Shown one piece after another: positions 1 to 10,500 of a stretch of 64,000 nucleotides of DNA. How positions within the stretch are numbered: the first letter of the stretch is position 1; each line of letters begins with the position of its first letter. The notes below the pieces were generated by a model that saw only the letters and a list, made by a program, of their open reading frames with translations, was not told the origin of the DNA and searched no databases. A program made the position numbers and the translations under genes. Source of the DNA: Pyrinomonadaceae bacterium (lineage in GTDB: Bacteria; Acidobacteriota; Blastocatellia; Pyrinomonadales; Pyrinomonadaceae); assembly GCA_037969295.1 (NCBI GenBank), contig JBBKXD010000087.1, forward strand, positions 918-64,917, read 5' to 3'.

Positions 1-219
1 CATGAAAAACTCATCAAGGTTCGTGGAAAATATGGACAGAAATTTTAGGCGCTCAAGGACCGGCAGATCGTCATCCATCGCCTCATCGAGAACGCGCCGG
101 TCGAATTCGAGCCAGCTTACCTCGCGATTGAACAAAGTGGCGCCGTCAAAGGCGTCCCCTGCGGCGGTATTGTTAGGCGCTTCGGATTGTTTCTGGGATT
201 TGTTCTCGCCGTGACTCAT
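1..219 (-). CDS. ppk1: polyphosphate kinase 1, N-terminal end only (gene runs off the window)
   Basis: Reverse translation from the ATG (cat at 217-219) gives MSHGENK...[44 protein letters not shown], the conserved PPK1 N-domain motif. It is absent from the ORF track because it is open to the window edge. Confidence 0.8.
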   Translation of the reverse strand, partial: MSHGENKSQKQSEAPNNTAAGDAFDGATLFNREVSWLEFDRRVLDEAMDDDLPVLERLKFLSIFSTNLDEFFM

Positions 220-290
220 GACCGTGTGAGGTTAATTATAGACGAACGATCCGGGCGAAGCATCGTTAAGAAAACGTTAGGGTTTTGTAG

Positions 291-872
291 TTACGGCGTG
301 ATCGTGACTTTCGTGCCGAGAGGTATTGCCTTGAATAATTCCTCTATCTCATCGTTATCAAGTGCGACGCAGCCCCATGTCCAATCTCGCCGGGTACCGC
401 CGCCGTGGATGTAGATCTCACCGCCGAGCGCCGTTTTCTGCGGTGGCATTTTCTTGTTGTCGATAGCCGAAAATATCTGGTCGCGGTCGAGTTTAGAGAT
501 CAACCCTCTGGCAAATCCGCGTTCTGCATCCACTTTTGACGGATAGCTGAGGCCGAGACTGAGGTGAAATTTGCTTTTTGCATTTTTCGTAAAGACGTAG
601 AACTCGCCCTCGGGAGTTTTTCCGTCACCTTCGACCTCCTTGTCGCCGACCGGTTCGAATCCGAGAACCATCGTGAACGATTTGATCAGTTTGCCACTGT
701 CATAAACTTCGAGGGTACGCTGTTTCTTCCTGATGACTATTTCCGGGCTTTGTAATCCACTTAGCATACGCAGTCCACCGCGTGATCTGTCCGAAGTTTG
801 CGATAACGCAACACCGCACATCGCCGCGATGAGCGAAATCATGATAACCCGCGTCGCGAAACTACTGCGCAT
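291..872 (-). CDS. L,D-transpeptidase (YkuD domain), secreted
   Basis: N-terminal signal-like segment. C-terminal IYIHGGG...WTWGCVALDNDEIEELF matches the YkuD catalytic His/Cys motif. Confidence 0.85.
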   Translation of the reverse strand: MRSSFATRVIMISLIAAMCGVALSQTSDRSRGGLRMLSGLQSPEIVIRKKQRTLEVYDSGKLIKSFTMVLGFEPVGDKEVEGDGKTPEGEFYVFTKNAKSKFHLSLGLSYPSKVDAERGFARGLISKLDRDQIFSAIDNKKMPPQKTALGGEIYIHGGGTRRDWTWGCVALDNDEIEELFKAIPLGTKVTITP

Positions 873-1791
873 GTTCGATGGCGTCTCCTTTCTCCAACAT
901 TCTTTTCTCGTCGTCCGCGCGGCCTCGCTTCCGCCAAAACTTAGCGAGGCTTTTGTAGCGATGTGCCGGCGGATAATTCATTGCCCAGGCGATCTTCATT
1001 GTACACTCGGCGCACGTGTCGAGCGGACGTCGATCGGTTTCGGCAAGACTGTTCGTTCCGGACATCAGACATTCGTATTTTGTGCAATGCCGCATCGAAA
1101 ACATATGTCCCGTCTCATGCATCGCAACCTTTAGCACGCGATCGAGAAACAGATCGTCACCGGCGCGCTTTGCATCGTCTTTTTCCAGGCGCCAGAACGA
1201 CCACACACCGACTCTCTTTTCAAGACTCGCCTGGCCGAAAACATAATTCCACGTTTCCTCCGGATAAAGGTCATAGCTCGTCAGACAGATCAACGCGGCC
1301 GCGTCGGGAGGCAGAAGTCCCGGCAAAAGATCATCGAGAAAGTAACTTGTCCGGATCTGACGGTTGTTTGGATATTGGAACCTTTCCATCCCCTTCGGCA
1401 CATCGCCGAGCGGCTTTCGGTCTCGAAGAACTACAGGCAAATTGTAGAACGCCCGCATATAATCGGCGGCAAATCGAATCACTTTCAGCTGCTCTCCCGA
1501 AAACGTCCCGATCGGCTGAATATAGATCGTATTTCTGTCTGTCGTCGGAAGAGTCGGCTGAGACTGGACATACTGTTCGAATGTCTCGCCGTCTTCCGGG
1601 TGTGACGCTAGCCAGTCGCCATCCTGTACGACCATCGGACGCGAAAATTTCACGAGCGCGCTCTTAGATTTTGAGAGCTCAGAGACACGGTCGTCTTGTG
1701 CAGGTGCGGTCGCCGAATTCGTCGCTATGCCGCCAGGCCGACCACACGCGGTCAACGCAATACACAGGAGCAGGATGGCGTACTGCCTCAT
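862..1791 (-). CDS. archaemetzincin-like zinc metallopeptidase (M54 family), probable lipoprotein
   Basis: HETGHMFSMRHC zinc site followed by the Cys-rich CLMSG...CAEC segment typical of archaemetzincins. The N-terminus LLLCIALTACG looks like a lipobox. It overlaps the downstream L,D-transpeptidase gene by 11 nt. Confidence 0.75.
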   Translation of the reverse strand: MRQYAILLLCIALTACGRPGGIATNSATAPAQDDRVSELSKSKSALVKFSRPMVVQDGDWLASHPEDGETFEQYVQSQPTLPTTDRNTIYIQPIGTFSGEQLKVIRFAADYMRAFYNLPVVLRDRKPLGDVPKGMERFQYPNNRQIRTSYFLDDLLPGLLPPDAAALICLTSYDLYPEETWNYVFGQASLEKRVGVWSFWRLEKDDAKRAGDDLFLDRVLKVAMHETGHMFSMRHCTKYECLMSGTNSLAETDRRPLDTCAECTMKIAWAMNYPPAHRYKSLAKFWRKRGRADDEKRMLEKGDAIEHAQ

Positions 1792-1797
1792 TGGGGT

Positions 1798-2256
1798 CTA
1801 GACACTTCCCACGGGCGTTTGTTCCGTGCGCTTGAGCACGATATGCCGGGGATCCTCACCGTCGCCTGTCAGGTCTATCCTATAGACGACCGATCTAAAA
1901 ATGAAGTTCGCGAGTTTCTCGGCCCACTCGATGATGACGATTCCCTTTTCGTCCTCAAGTATCTCTTCAAGGCCGACAGAAAAAGCCGGGTCATTGCTAT
2001 CCGAACGCCAGAGATCAATATGGTAGATATTGAAATTTTCAGTCTCGTAGAGGTTGACGAGCGTGAAGCTCGGGCTCGTAACCTCATCGACGTCGAACTC
2101 GAGCGAGCTGAGAATACCCTTCGCCAATAGTGTTTTCCCCGCGCCAAGCTCCCCGGTCAGCAGGATCACTTCGCCGCCTCGGAGCTCCGCTCCCAGCGAT
2201 GCTCCAAGCTCGAAAGTCTCGTCGGGCGAATTGGAGATGATCATCTGCTCAGTCAT
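1798..2256 (-). CDS. tsaE: tRNA t6A37 biosynthesis ATPase TsaE
   Basis: P-loop GELGAGKT, SPSFTL and HIDLWR motifs, ~150 aa. It overlaps the nnr stop by 8 nt. Confidence 0.85.
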   Translation of the reverse strand: MTEQMIISNSPDETFELGASLGAELRGGEVILLTGELGAGKTLLAKGILSSLEFDVDEVTSPSFTLVNLYETENFNIYHIDLWRSDSNDPAFSVGLEEILEDEKGIVIIEWAEKLANFIFRSVVYRIDLTGDGEDPRHIVLKRTEQTPVGSV

Positions 2257-3889
2257 TGAATAGCTGAAAGCAGTCGGCTAACGCCTCGGCAGTGTCCGAA
2301 GCGGTCATAACGCGCTTTCCAAATTTCTTCTCAGCGATATCACCTGCCAGTCCGGCGATGTAGACCGACGCGATCACCGCGTCGAGGATGCCCGTTTTTG
2401 TCTGGACAGCCTGTGCGACAAAGCCCGTGATGATCCCGGTCAGCGTGTCTCCATTTCCGGCTTTGCCCAATCCTGAATTTCCGGTCGGATTGATGAACAC
2501 CTGGCCGCCAGGCTCGGCAATGATGACCCGTTCGCCTTTCAGCACGAGAATAACGTGATGTGTCTGAGCAAACGAACGCGCGGAGCTGATGCGATCTCTC
2601 AAATCGTCTTTATTCGTCGAGCCCAATAGCCTCTGAAACTCGCCGGCGTGTGGCGTCAGGATCAAAGGCAATTCGTCCGACCCTTTCAGATCGAGGGGCG
2701 CGAGGGCGTTCAGTCCATCGGCATCGATTACGACCGGCGTCGTTCGCTCGTCGACGACACGGCGAACGAGTTTTCGCGTCGATTCGTCGCCCGAGCTCAA
2801 GCCACTCCCGATCGATATGACATCGACGTTTGCAGAAAACTCTTTGACCTCATCGAATCCATTCTCGGATACCGCTCCCTCGCTGGTTTCCGCGATTCCG
2901 CGGACCATCACTTCCGGAGCGACTCGTGAGGCCACTGAACCGCGTGACGATTCGGGAGTCGCGATAGTTACGAGGCCAACACCGGAACGTACCGCCGCAT
3001 TGCCGCACAAGACCGCCGCACCGCTGTAGTTTGCCGACCCGGCGACAAACAGAGCGTGGCCCCGCTTATTCTTGTAAGAATCGGCTGTAAATTCAGTCTG
3101 GGCCAGCCATCGCGCCGCGTCATCACTCTGCAGAAAAAATGTTCGCGACGCGGCAGCGTTTACCAACTCGCATGGAGAACCGATATTTACAACATACAGC
3201 TCGCCATTGCAGTTCGAGGCGGGCGGCAGGACGTTCGCAAGTTTTGGCGCGGTAAACGTGACGGTCGCGTGGGCCCGGGGATTCGTACCGATTCGTTCGG
3301 CCTTATCGGCACACAATCCTGACGGAATATCGAGCGCGACTACAAGCGTCCCGGAATCGCTGTCCGGATCCGAAAATGCGTCGACGAAAGCCGCGACTTG
3401 CTCGAACACTCCATCGAGAGGCCGGGTCAGCCCCGTTCCAAAAAGTGCGTCGACGAGGACGTCCGGATCGTCGCTATGAAAATTCAGGCTGTCGTAATCC
3501 AGCCATTCTTCGAGGCCCGTGATCTCTTCAAATGCAAGGTCGGATTGTGACAGTTCAAATCCTTCGTCTTCTGTGATTTTCCTGAGTATGTCGAAGTTGA
3601 TCCGCGCTTCGTCCTTTGTATCTTCCGCCAGCCCGAACAAACATACCTCGACATCGGCACCCTGCTGCCAGAGAACGCGTCCGAGTGCGGCACCGTCCCC
3701 GCCGTTGTTTCCTTTGCCGCAAAGAATCAACACGGACTTCCCCTCGACCGAACCTCCAAGTTTCTCGACGATCACGCGGCTCGCGGCATTCGCGGCATTC
3801 TCCATCAGCAGCAGCCGCGGAATTCCGTATCGCTCCGTGGTGAGAAGGTCGATCTCGCGCATCTCTTCGGCGGTTACGATCTTTTGCAT
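2249..3889 (-). CDS. nnr: bifunctional NAD(P)H-hydrate epimerase / ADP-dependent dehydratase
   Basis: YjeF-N (GKGNNGGDG) plus a carbohydrate-kinase-like C domain (GTGD-type motif GNGDTLTG). The start is moved to MQKIVTAEEMREID (cat 3887-3889) rather than the long 576-aa ORF. Confidence 0.88.
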   Translation of the reverse strand: MQKIVTAEEMREIDLLTTERYGIPRLLLMENAANAASRVIVEKLGGSVEGKSVLILCGKGNNGGDGAALGRVLWQQGADVEVCLFGLAEDTKDEARINFDILRKITEDEGFELSQSDLAFEEITGLEEWLDYDSLNFHSDDPDVLVDALFGTGLTRPLDGVFEQVAAFVDAFSDPDSDSGTLVVALDIPSGLCADKAERIGTNPRAHATVTFTAPKLANVLPPASNCNGELYVVNIGSPCELVNAAASRTFFLQSDDAARWLAQTEFTADSYKNKRGHALFVAGSANYSGAAVLCGNAAVRSGVGLVTIATPESSRGSVASRVAPEVMVRGIAETSEGAVSENGFDEVKEFSANVDVISIGSGLSSGDESTRKLVRRVVDERTTPVVIDADGLNALAPLDLKGSDELPLILTPHAGEFQRLLGSTNKDDLRDRISSARSFAQTHHVILVLKGERVIIAEPGGQVFINPTGNSGLGKAGNGDTLTGIITGFVAQAVQTKTGILDAVIASVYIAGLAGDIAEKKFGKRVMTASDTAEALADCFQLFND

Positions 3890-3960
3890 GTTTTTAACTT
3901 GCCACAATCGGCAGAAAATTTGAAGACACCGAGGGGCGCACGGCGCAGAAACAGGCCGCC

Positions 3961-3997
3961 AAAAACACAAAAACCGCATTCAGTTGAAATGCGGTTT
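3961..3997 (-). terminator. rho-independent terminator candidate (minus strand)
   Basis: Stem aaaccgcatt / aatgcggttt with a 7-nt loop, followed on the minus strand by a U-rich run (fwd aaaaacacaaaa). It lies ~180 nt downstream of the tRNA-Arg 3' fragment. Confidence 0.5.
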
Positions 3998-4174
3998 CCG
4001 TGCAAAACATTGGAGTTGTAAATAGAGTTCGACGGCCGTAAGCGGACCTATAAATGTCTGCCACTGTGCTCGATCATTGATTTCTTCCGTTCATTTAATA
4101 GAAAGGTCCATTCGACTAGCGTTTCCATAAATTTAGGAGAATTCTGAGGTTAGCGGACAAATATTCTTAAAAAC

Positions 4175-4217
4175 GTGCTCCCGGCGTGATTCGAACACGC
4201 GACCTTCCACTTAGGAG
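4175..4217 (-). repeat. 43-nt direct repeat, a displaced 3' half of tRNA-Arg(CCT) (att-like island boundary)
   Basis: gtgctcccggcgtgattcgaacacgcgaccttccacttaggag is identical to 54483-54525. There is no 5' half and no encoded CCA here. Confidence 0.9.
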
Positions 4218-4563
4218 TCGGTTGCCTGTAGTATTATACGATATAATAGACTTTCAAATAGCCAAAATTATCTCTCATAACCCCTTTATTTGTAAAGTTT
4301 TGTCCCTCATCATTCCCAGATCTGGGTGTCGCCCCCGTTGAACGATATTCGCTCCCAGATCAACTGTGACACCGTGATGGGCGCTCCTACGGCGGTGAAT
4401 CTGAGATTAAGAAGAACACTGTTACCGTCAATCGGCATCGGGCCCTACATTAGCACTCCCAGAAGTCCCGGTTCATTGGAATTGGCAACAGCAGTAAAGC
4501 CAGCGGTTGACGGTTAGTGCGCGCGTTGCGAGTTCGTTGTATTTCCGGGATGTAAAACAAATT

Positions 4564-7500
4564 TTAGACCTTCTTAATTTCACCCAGTACAATGATCACT
4601 TGGTGCGTTTGTTCATCATCGATCAGAGGAATTTCTTTTGTTGATGATATTTTGCCGTCAAGCGAGACCTCCACAACTCCGCGACAAACACCTGACGGGT
4701 TTTCGACGCTTATCTGATACAACGTCTTTCCATAGCGGTAATAAATCTGAAACTCTTGCCAACTACGCGGGATACAAGGCTCGATTTTTAGAGTATCTCC
4801 TTGCAGATGAAAACCAAGCATCGATTCAAGAACGGCTCGATACATCCAACTTGCCGAACCCGTGTACCATGTCCAACCGCCGCGTCCGATGTGTTGGGGA
4901 TGTGAATATATGTCGGCGGCAACGACATACGGCTCGGTCCTATAGCGGTTGATTGCTTCGCCAGTGAGCGTGTGATTTATCGGATTCATCATTGAAAAAA
5001 GTTCGTATGCCTTTTCACCTTCACCCAGAAGAGCGTATGCGATGATCATCCAACACGCCGCGTGCGTGTATTGCCCGCCGTTTTCACGAATTCCAGGTGG
5101 ATAGCCTTTGATATAACCCGGTTCAAGCTCGCCTGCTTCAAATGGCGGAGTGAGCAAAAGCGCAAGGTTTTCATCCTTTTTTATCAGATGTTCTTCCGCC
5201 GATTCGACTGCTTGTTTTTGGCGTTTCGGATCTCCTAAACCGGCAATCAAGCTCCAACTTTGAGCGATTGAATCGATCTTGCATTCGTCATTCTTATGTG
5301 ACCCAAGCGGCGTTCCGTCATCAAAAAAAGCTCGCAAATACCAGCTGCCATCCCAGGCATTGGCTTCGAGATTCTTCGTCAGAAGTTTGGCGTGAGCGCG
5401 GTATTTTCTCGCTTTTTGACGTTCGCCTCGCCGTTCGCACACGGGTGCAAAATCATTCAAAATTTTAGCCAGAAACCATCCCATCCAAACGCTTTCACCT
5501 TTGCCTTTAGTTCCGACGCGGTTGAGACCGTCGCTCCAATCGCCCGCCCCGATCAGCGGCAAACCATGGTTTCCGGTAGTTAGGCTCCTTTCAACGGCTC
5601 GTATGCAGTGTTCAAACAAGCTGGCCGTTTCATCGGAAACGACCGGGCGCATATAAACTTCCATTTCTCCTTCCGTTAAGACCGGCGCATCCAGAAACGG
5701 AATGTTTTCATCGAGGACACCGGCGTCGCCCGTTTTGTCGACATAAAAATTGGTAACCAAAACGAGCCATAAAAGATTGTCGGAAATCCTTGTTCGGGTT
5801 CCGGCACCAGAAGGCTCGTGCCACCAATGTTGAACGTCACCTTCCTTAAATTGGCGCGAGGCGGCACGGATAAGGTGACGTCGTGCCAAATCCGGTCTTG
5901 AGTAAACCAGGGTCATCGCGTCCTGCAATTGATCGCGAAAACCGTAGGCTCCGCTTGACTGATAGACGGATGTTCGCGCCCAAAAACGGCATGATAGGGT
6001 CTGATAAACAAGCCAGTGGTTGATCAGTAGGTCGAGCTTCTTATCGGGGGTTTTAACGTTGACGACATCCAGAGTGTTGTTCCAGTTTTCAACGAGCTTC
6101 CCGTATTCCGTCGCAACCGATGAATGTTGACGAAAATGCAGAATACTTTCACGCGCCGCTGCTTTCTTGTCCTCTTCGCCCAAAAGAAAAATTATTTCGC
6201 GCGTTTCGTTTGGCTCTAATTCAAACTTGGATTGGACCGCGGCACAGGGATTAAGCCCGGCGCCGCTTGAACCGGAAAGATTTTCGCGGAACATCGCGGC
6301 GGGACGAGCCAGATTGCCGTTACGTCCTAAAAATTCGCGCCGATCGCACGTCCATGTCCGACTCAACGAATCGGTGGCGATGAATGCGACTCGGTCTGAA
6401 AACTCCGTATTGTTCGGGTTTCGGGCAAAAATCGCGCCCGTTACCGAATCTATTTCCGTGATTATGAATGGTGCCGATTTTGCTCGTTCGACGCCGAGAA
6501 CCAAATCGCAGTAAAACGTAGCGGATAGTTCACGGTGCCTATTCGTGAGGTTTTGCACTCGTAGACGCGAGATCTTTATGCTCGAATCTACAGCCGCAAA
6601 TACCAGCAGTTCCTGCTTGATACCATGGCTACTGTTTTCGTAAATTGTGTAACCGCGGCCGTGCCGGATCTTATATTCCGAATTTTCACGTACAGGCAGG
6701 GCCGTGGGCGTCCAGAAGCTTCCCGTCGCCTCGTCGCGCAAATAGACGCACTCGGAAGGCTGATTAACCACGGCATCGTTTGTCCAGGGAGTCAGCCGAT
6801 TTTCGTGGCTGTTGTTTGACCATACTATTCCAATTCCCGATTCGGCAGCGATAAATCCGAAACCATTTTCATTGGCGACAACATTCGTCCAAGGAGCGGG
6901 GGTGTTGGGGTTTTTGTCGTTCAGGCAGATCGCGTACTCTCTGCCGTCTTCGGAAAATCCACCGAAATCATTGGGAAATGTGAGCTCAGGCCCGTGCTGG
7001 GGCAGCCTTTCATAAGAACGCGACGCCTCACGCGGAATCAAATTAGGTGGAAGCTCGGTTTGTTCCACGCGTCGCCCCAGCTGTTCTTCGAGCGATCCGC
7101 GCTCGACGACAAAACAGATTTGAGCGGCCGCATGAAGTGTAATTCGATCTTCTTCCGGCATCTCCTCCGAACGCCGTATGAAGACCCCGCCCCGCGCGTC
7201 AATCAGCGAATGCGCCGCACTCCGGCGTATTAGATTCAATAGATCTTCCTTGATTCCCTGCGCGTAACTCGTCGGCTGATCGTTAAAGATCACCAAATCG
7301 AATATCATTCCCTTGCTACGCAAGTACTCGTGGGCGCGTAAGATCTGGCTAACACTGTTCTCCCAACCATTGCATAAATTGACTCGTACAATCATGATCG
7401 GCAAGTCGCCGCTGATACCATATTTCCATAGGGTTTGCGGTGTCCCGCGATTGAGTCGCAAGACACTTTCGAGCGGACGCATGAGCGGATTCGTATAAAT

Positions 7501-10500
7501 TAAGTGTCCCGCAAGACGCTGAAAAAGGTTTGCTTCATTTCTTGAAATCCCAAGATGCCGCAATTCGACCTGAGAACGCGTCCAGGCAAGTTTTTCTGCA
7601 CGTTCAAAGCATTCCAGATGACAGTATTTATCAACACTGGCCACTACTTGCTCACGCGAATCAGCGGCACTAGTCGAAAAAATCAAACTAACCGACCTAT
7701 TCGGCGAAATGGAAACGTGGGCACGCAAAGCGAAGATCGGATCGAGCGTGGCCCCGACCACTCCTGAAAGATTCTCTTGGGAATTAGTAGCGATAGGATC
7801 ATTTGTCGTTCTTCCGCGGCCTATAAAGCGCAAGCGGTCAGTTTCAAAACTGACCCCGCCGGCTATCTCGCCCTCGACGGCGACGGTATGAGCTAACCAG
7901 AATGCTTTATCTTCAGTAGAACGTGGGCGACGACGGGCGAATATTGTTCGTCGTTCAGCATCGTATTCGGTCTCGACAAAGAGATTAGTGAATGCTGGGT
8001 GAGCCTCGTCGGCAGCTTGTTCGTTTAAAACGATTTCACCGTAACTAGTCACTTCGATATGGCGGATTCTAGTTGATTCATTGGTAAGCGTAATGCGACG
8101 AAGTTCAGCATCATCTTCGGTCGCTACGATAATTTCTATGTGAGTTAGGATACCAGCATCGCGTCGCCGAAATTCAGCCTTACTTTCGGTAAAAACAGCT
8201 TCATATTCATGCGGTTGGCGCAAAACTGGTTGAAAGCCGCCGGACCAAACGGCACCGCTCCGCAGATCTCGCAGATAAAAAAATTGCCCCCAATCGTCAC
8301 GTATCGTATCTTCACGCCAACGAGTTACGGAACGGGTTCCGACCCTTGAATAACCGCTTCCGGCTGTTGTGAGCATTGCCGTGTAGTTACCGTTCGAGAG
8401 CAGGCAAACCGGCGGCGCAAATTGTTCGGCTGATGTATAGCGCCGCGGCGCTGGAGCAACGGATGCAGGTGAGCGACGACCGGAAGAAACGGCCGCAGCT
8501 CGTGGTTTTTTGGCTTCTGCCTGAAGACGAGGAATGCGTTCTTGAAGTAGAAGTTCCGCGGATTCAACCACTGGCGCGTGATGAAAGCGATTGACCATTA
8601 CCTCATTATTCAAAAGGTTATCAAGTGCGACCAAGGTCATTCCCTGATGATGTGCCATATACGATTCGATCAGAGCATATTTTTGATTTGGAGGCAGACG
8701 TTCCTTTGTGTAGTCAACAGCTTCATAAAATCCAAACGGACCGAGCATTCCTTCGTTTTGGAGGCGGCGTAGATTTGTTGCAGCCGCCGATGGTACAAGC
8801 GTTAATGCAAGAGCAGTCGCATAGGGCGAAATTACAAGATCTTCGGCCAAACCGCGCTTGAGACCCAAACCGGGCACTCCGAATGGACCATATTGATAAT
8901 TGAGCTGCAGATCTCGAACATTGTAAGCTGATTCCGACACACCCCACGGGAGTTTATTTTCTTCGCCATATTGAATCTGCCGCGCCACAATAGTCCGATA
9001 AGTTTCGGACAAAAGTGTGTTCTTATAATCGCGCATCAAAAGTAACGGCATCAGATATTCGAACATTGTTCCCGACCATGAAACGAGAGCCCGGCTCCCG
9101 TTTGTCCTTACTAAGCCGCGACCAAGTCGAAACCAATGTTCCCGCTCTACGTCGCCCGAAGCAATCGCAATAAAACTCGCCAACCGAGCTTCCGAAGCCA
9201 GAAGGTCATAAAAGGAATTGTCGCGGACGCCTTCGTCAGGGCGATATCCGATCGTTAATACTTTTCGTTCCTCATCATAGAGAAATCCAAATTCCGTTTC
9301 ATTAGCCAAACCTCGGCAAAGGCCTGCTATGCTTTCGATTCGCACCCGGAAATTTCTCTGTATTTCTTTTGTTTGAGCGATCGTTTCGGGACCATAATCC
9401 ACCGGCATCAGCATATCTAAGTCCCGGCTGTAATTGCTCGTAAGACGAAGAAAAGACGTTGTCCAAAATTCTAACTCCGATAGCTGTTCTTCGCCGTTTG
9501 CTGATTGCTCGATGATCTTGCGGATACTTTTTCCACTATTCTCCAAAGCGTTAAACAAGGATTTCCATGCCCTAGCCGTTTTTGGTTCGGCATTTCTCAA
9601 AACCCTTTCGGCAGTTTCGATCTCTTTGACCAATTGCAGAAAGAGCGGAAATATTCCCGTCAAGGATTCACCTTCTGTTTTCAAAAATGCAAGCGTGTCC
9701 TGAAGTCCATTCCGGGTCCGTTGGTCAAACAGAGGAAAATTGGCAAATTCTTGACAGCCCTCAGCAACCGCAATCAGGCTTCCCACCAGATTGCCACTGT
9801 CAACGGTTGAAATATATCCCGGCTTTAGCGGTTCGAGTGTCTGGGTGTCATACCAGTTATAGAAATGACCGCGAAAGCGAGGCAATCGCTCCAGCGTAGT
9901 ACAGGTCAATTCAATACGTTCGATGGTTTCTAGCGTTCCCAAAAAGCCGAAGTCCCTCGCGGCAAGCGTCGAAAGAAGGAGAAGGCCAATATTCGTAGGC
10001 GACGTGCGGTGTGCCGTTATGGGAGTCGGTTCTTGTTGAAAATTGTCAGGTGGCAGCCAGTGATCGCTTTCACCGACGAAGGTTTCAAAGAACCTCCATG
10101 TTCGCCGCGCGATAAGCCGAAGCCATTCGACATCCTTTTGGTCAAGTTCGCTTGCAGCTTGCCTTTCGACGGCCATCCGGCTTAACCAAAATGCGACGAG
10201 CGGCGAGAAGAACCATAGAATCAAAAATGGCGCGGCATAAACCAAGTGATGAGGATAGAGATAAGTTACCACGCCGAAAATAAAGGCCGCCGAGACGGGC
10301 GCGAAAAGCATAAAGCGATAATAGCCGTACAAATCCTTTCGATCTGCTTCGTCACTTTGGGCTGCCGTTACCCATTCGAGGAGATTCTTTCCCGAAATGA
10401 ATTTTCGGTAAAAAACACGCACGATCGCATCTGTCATCGTATAGGCTTCATGGGCAAGAAAGGTAACCCGAAGCAAAAGCTGAATCGCACTCAATTTAAT

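Noticed and set aside
2-214. Plus-strand 70-aa ORF at the window start
   Set aside because: The opposite strand encodes a textbook PPK1 N-terminus ([15 protein letters not shown]...NLDEFFM). The plus ORF is Ser/Arg-rich antisense noise.
4326-4517. 63-aa plus ORF in the island's left junction; the minus strand gives GNSVLLNLRFTAVGAPITVSQLIWERISFNGGDT, interrupted by stops
   Set aside because: The minus-strand text faintly resembles the end of a cohesin-like or Ig-like domain, but it is short, stop-interrupted and has no start. At best it is a gene remnant, and it is not reportable as a feature.
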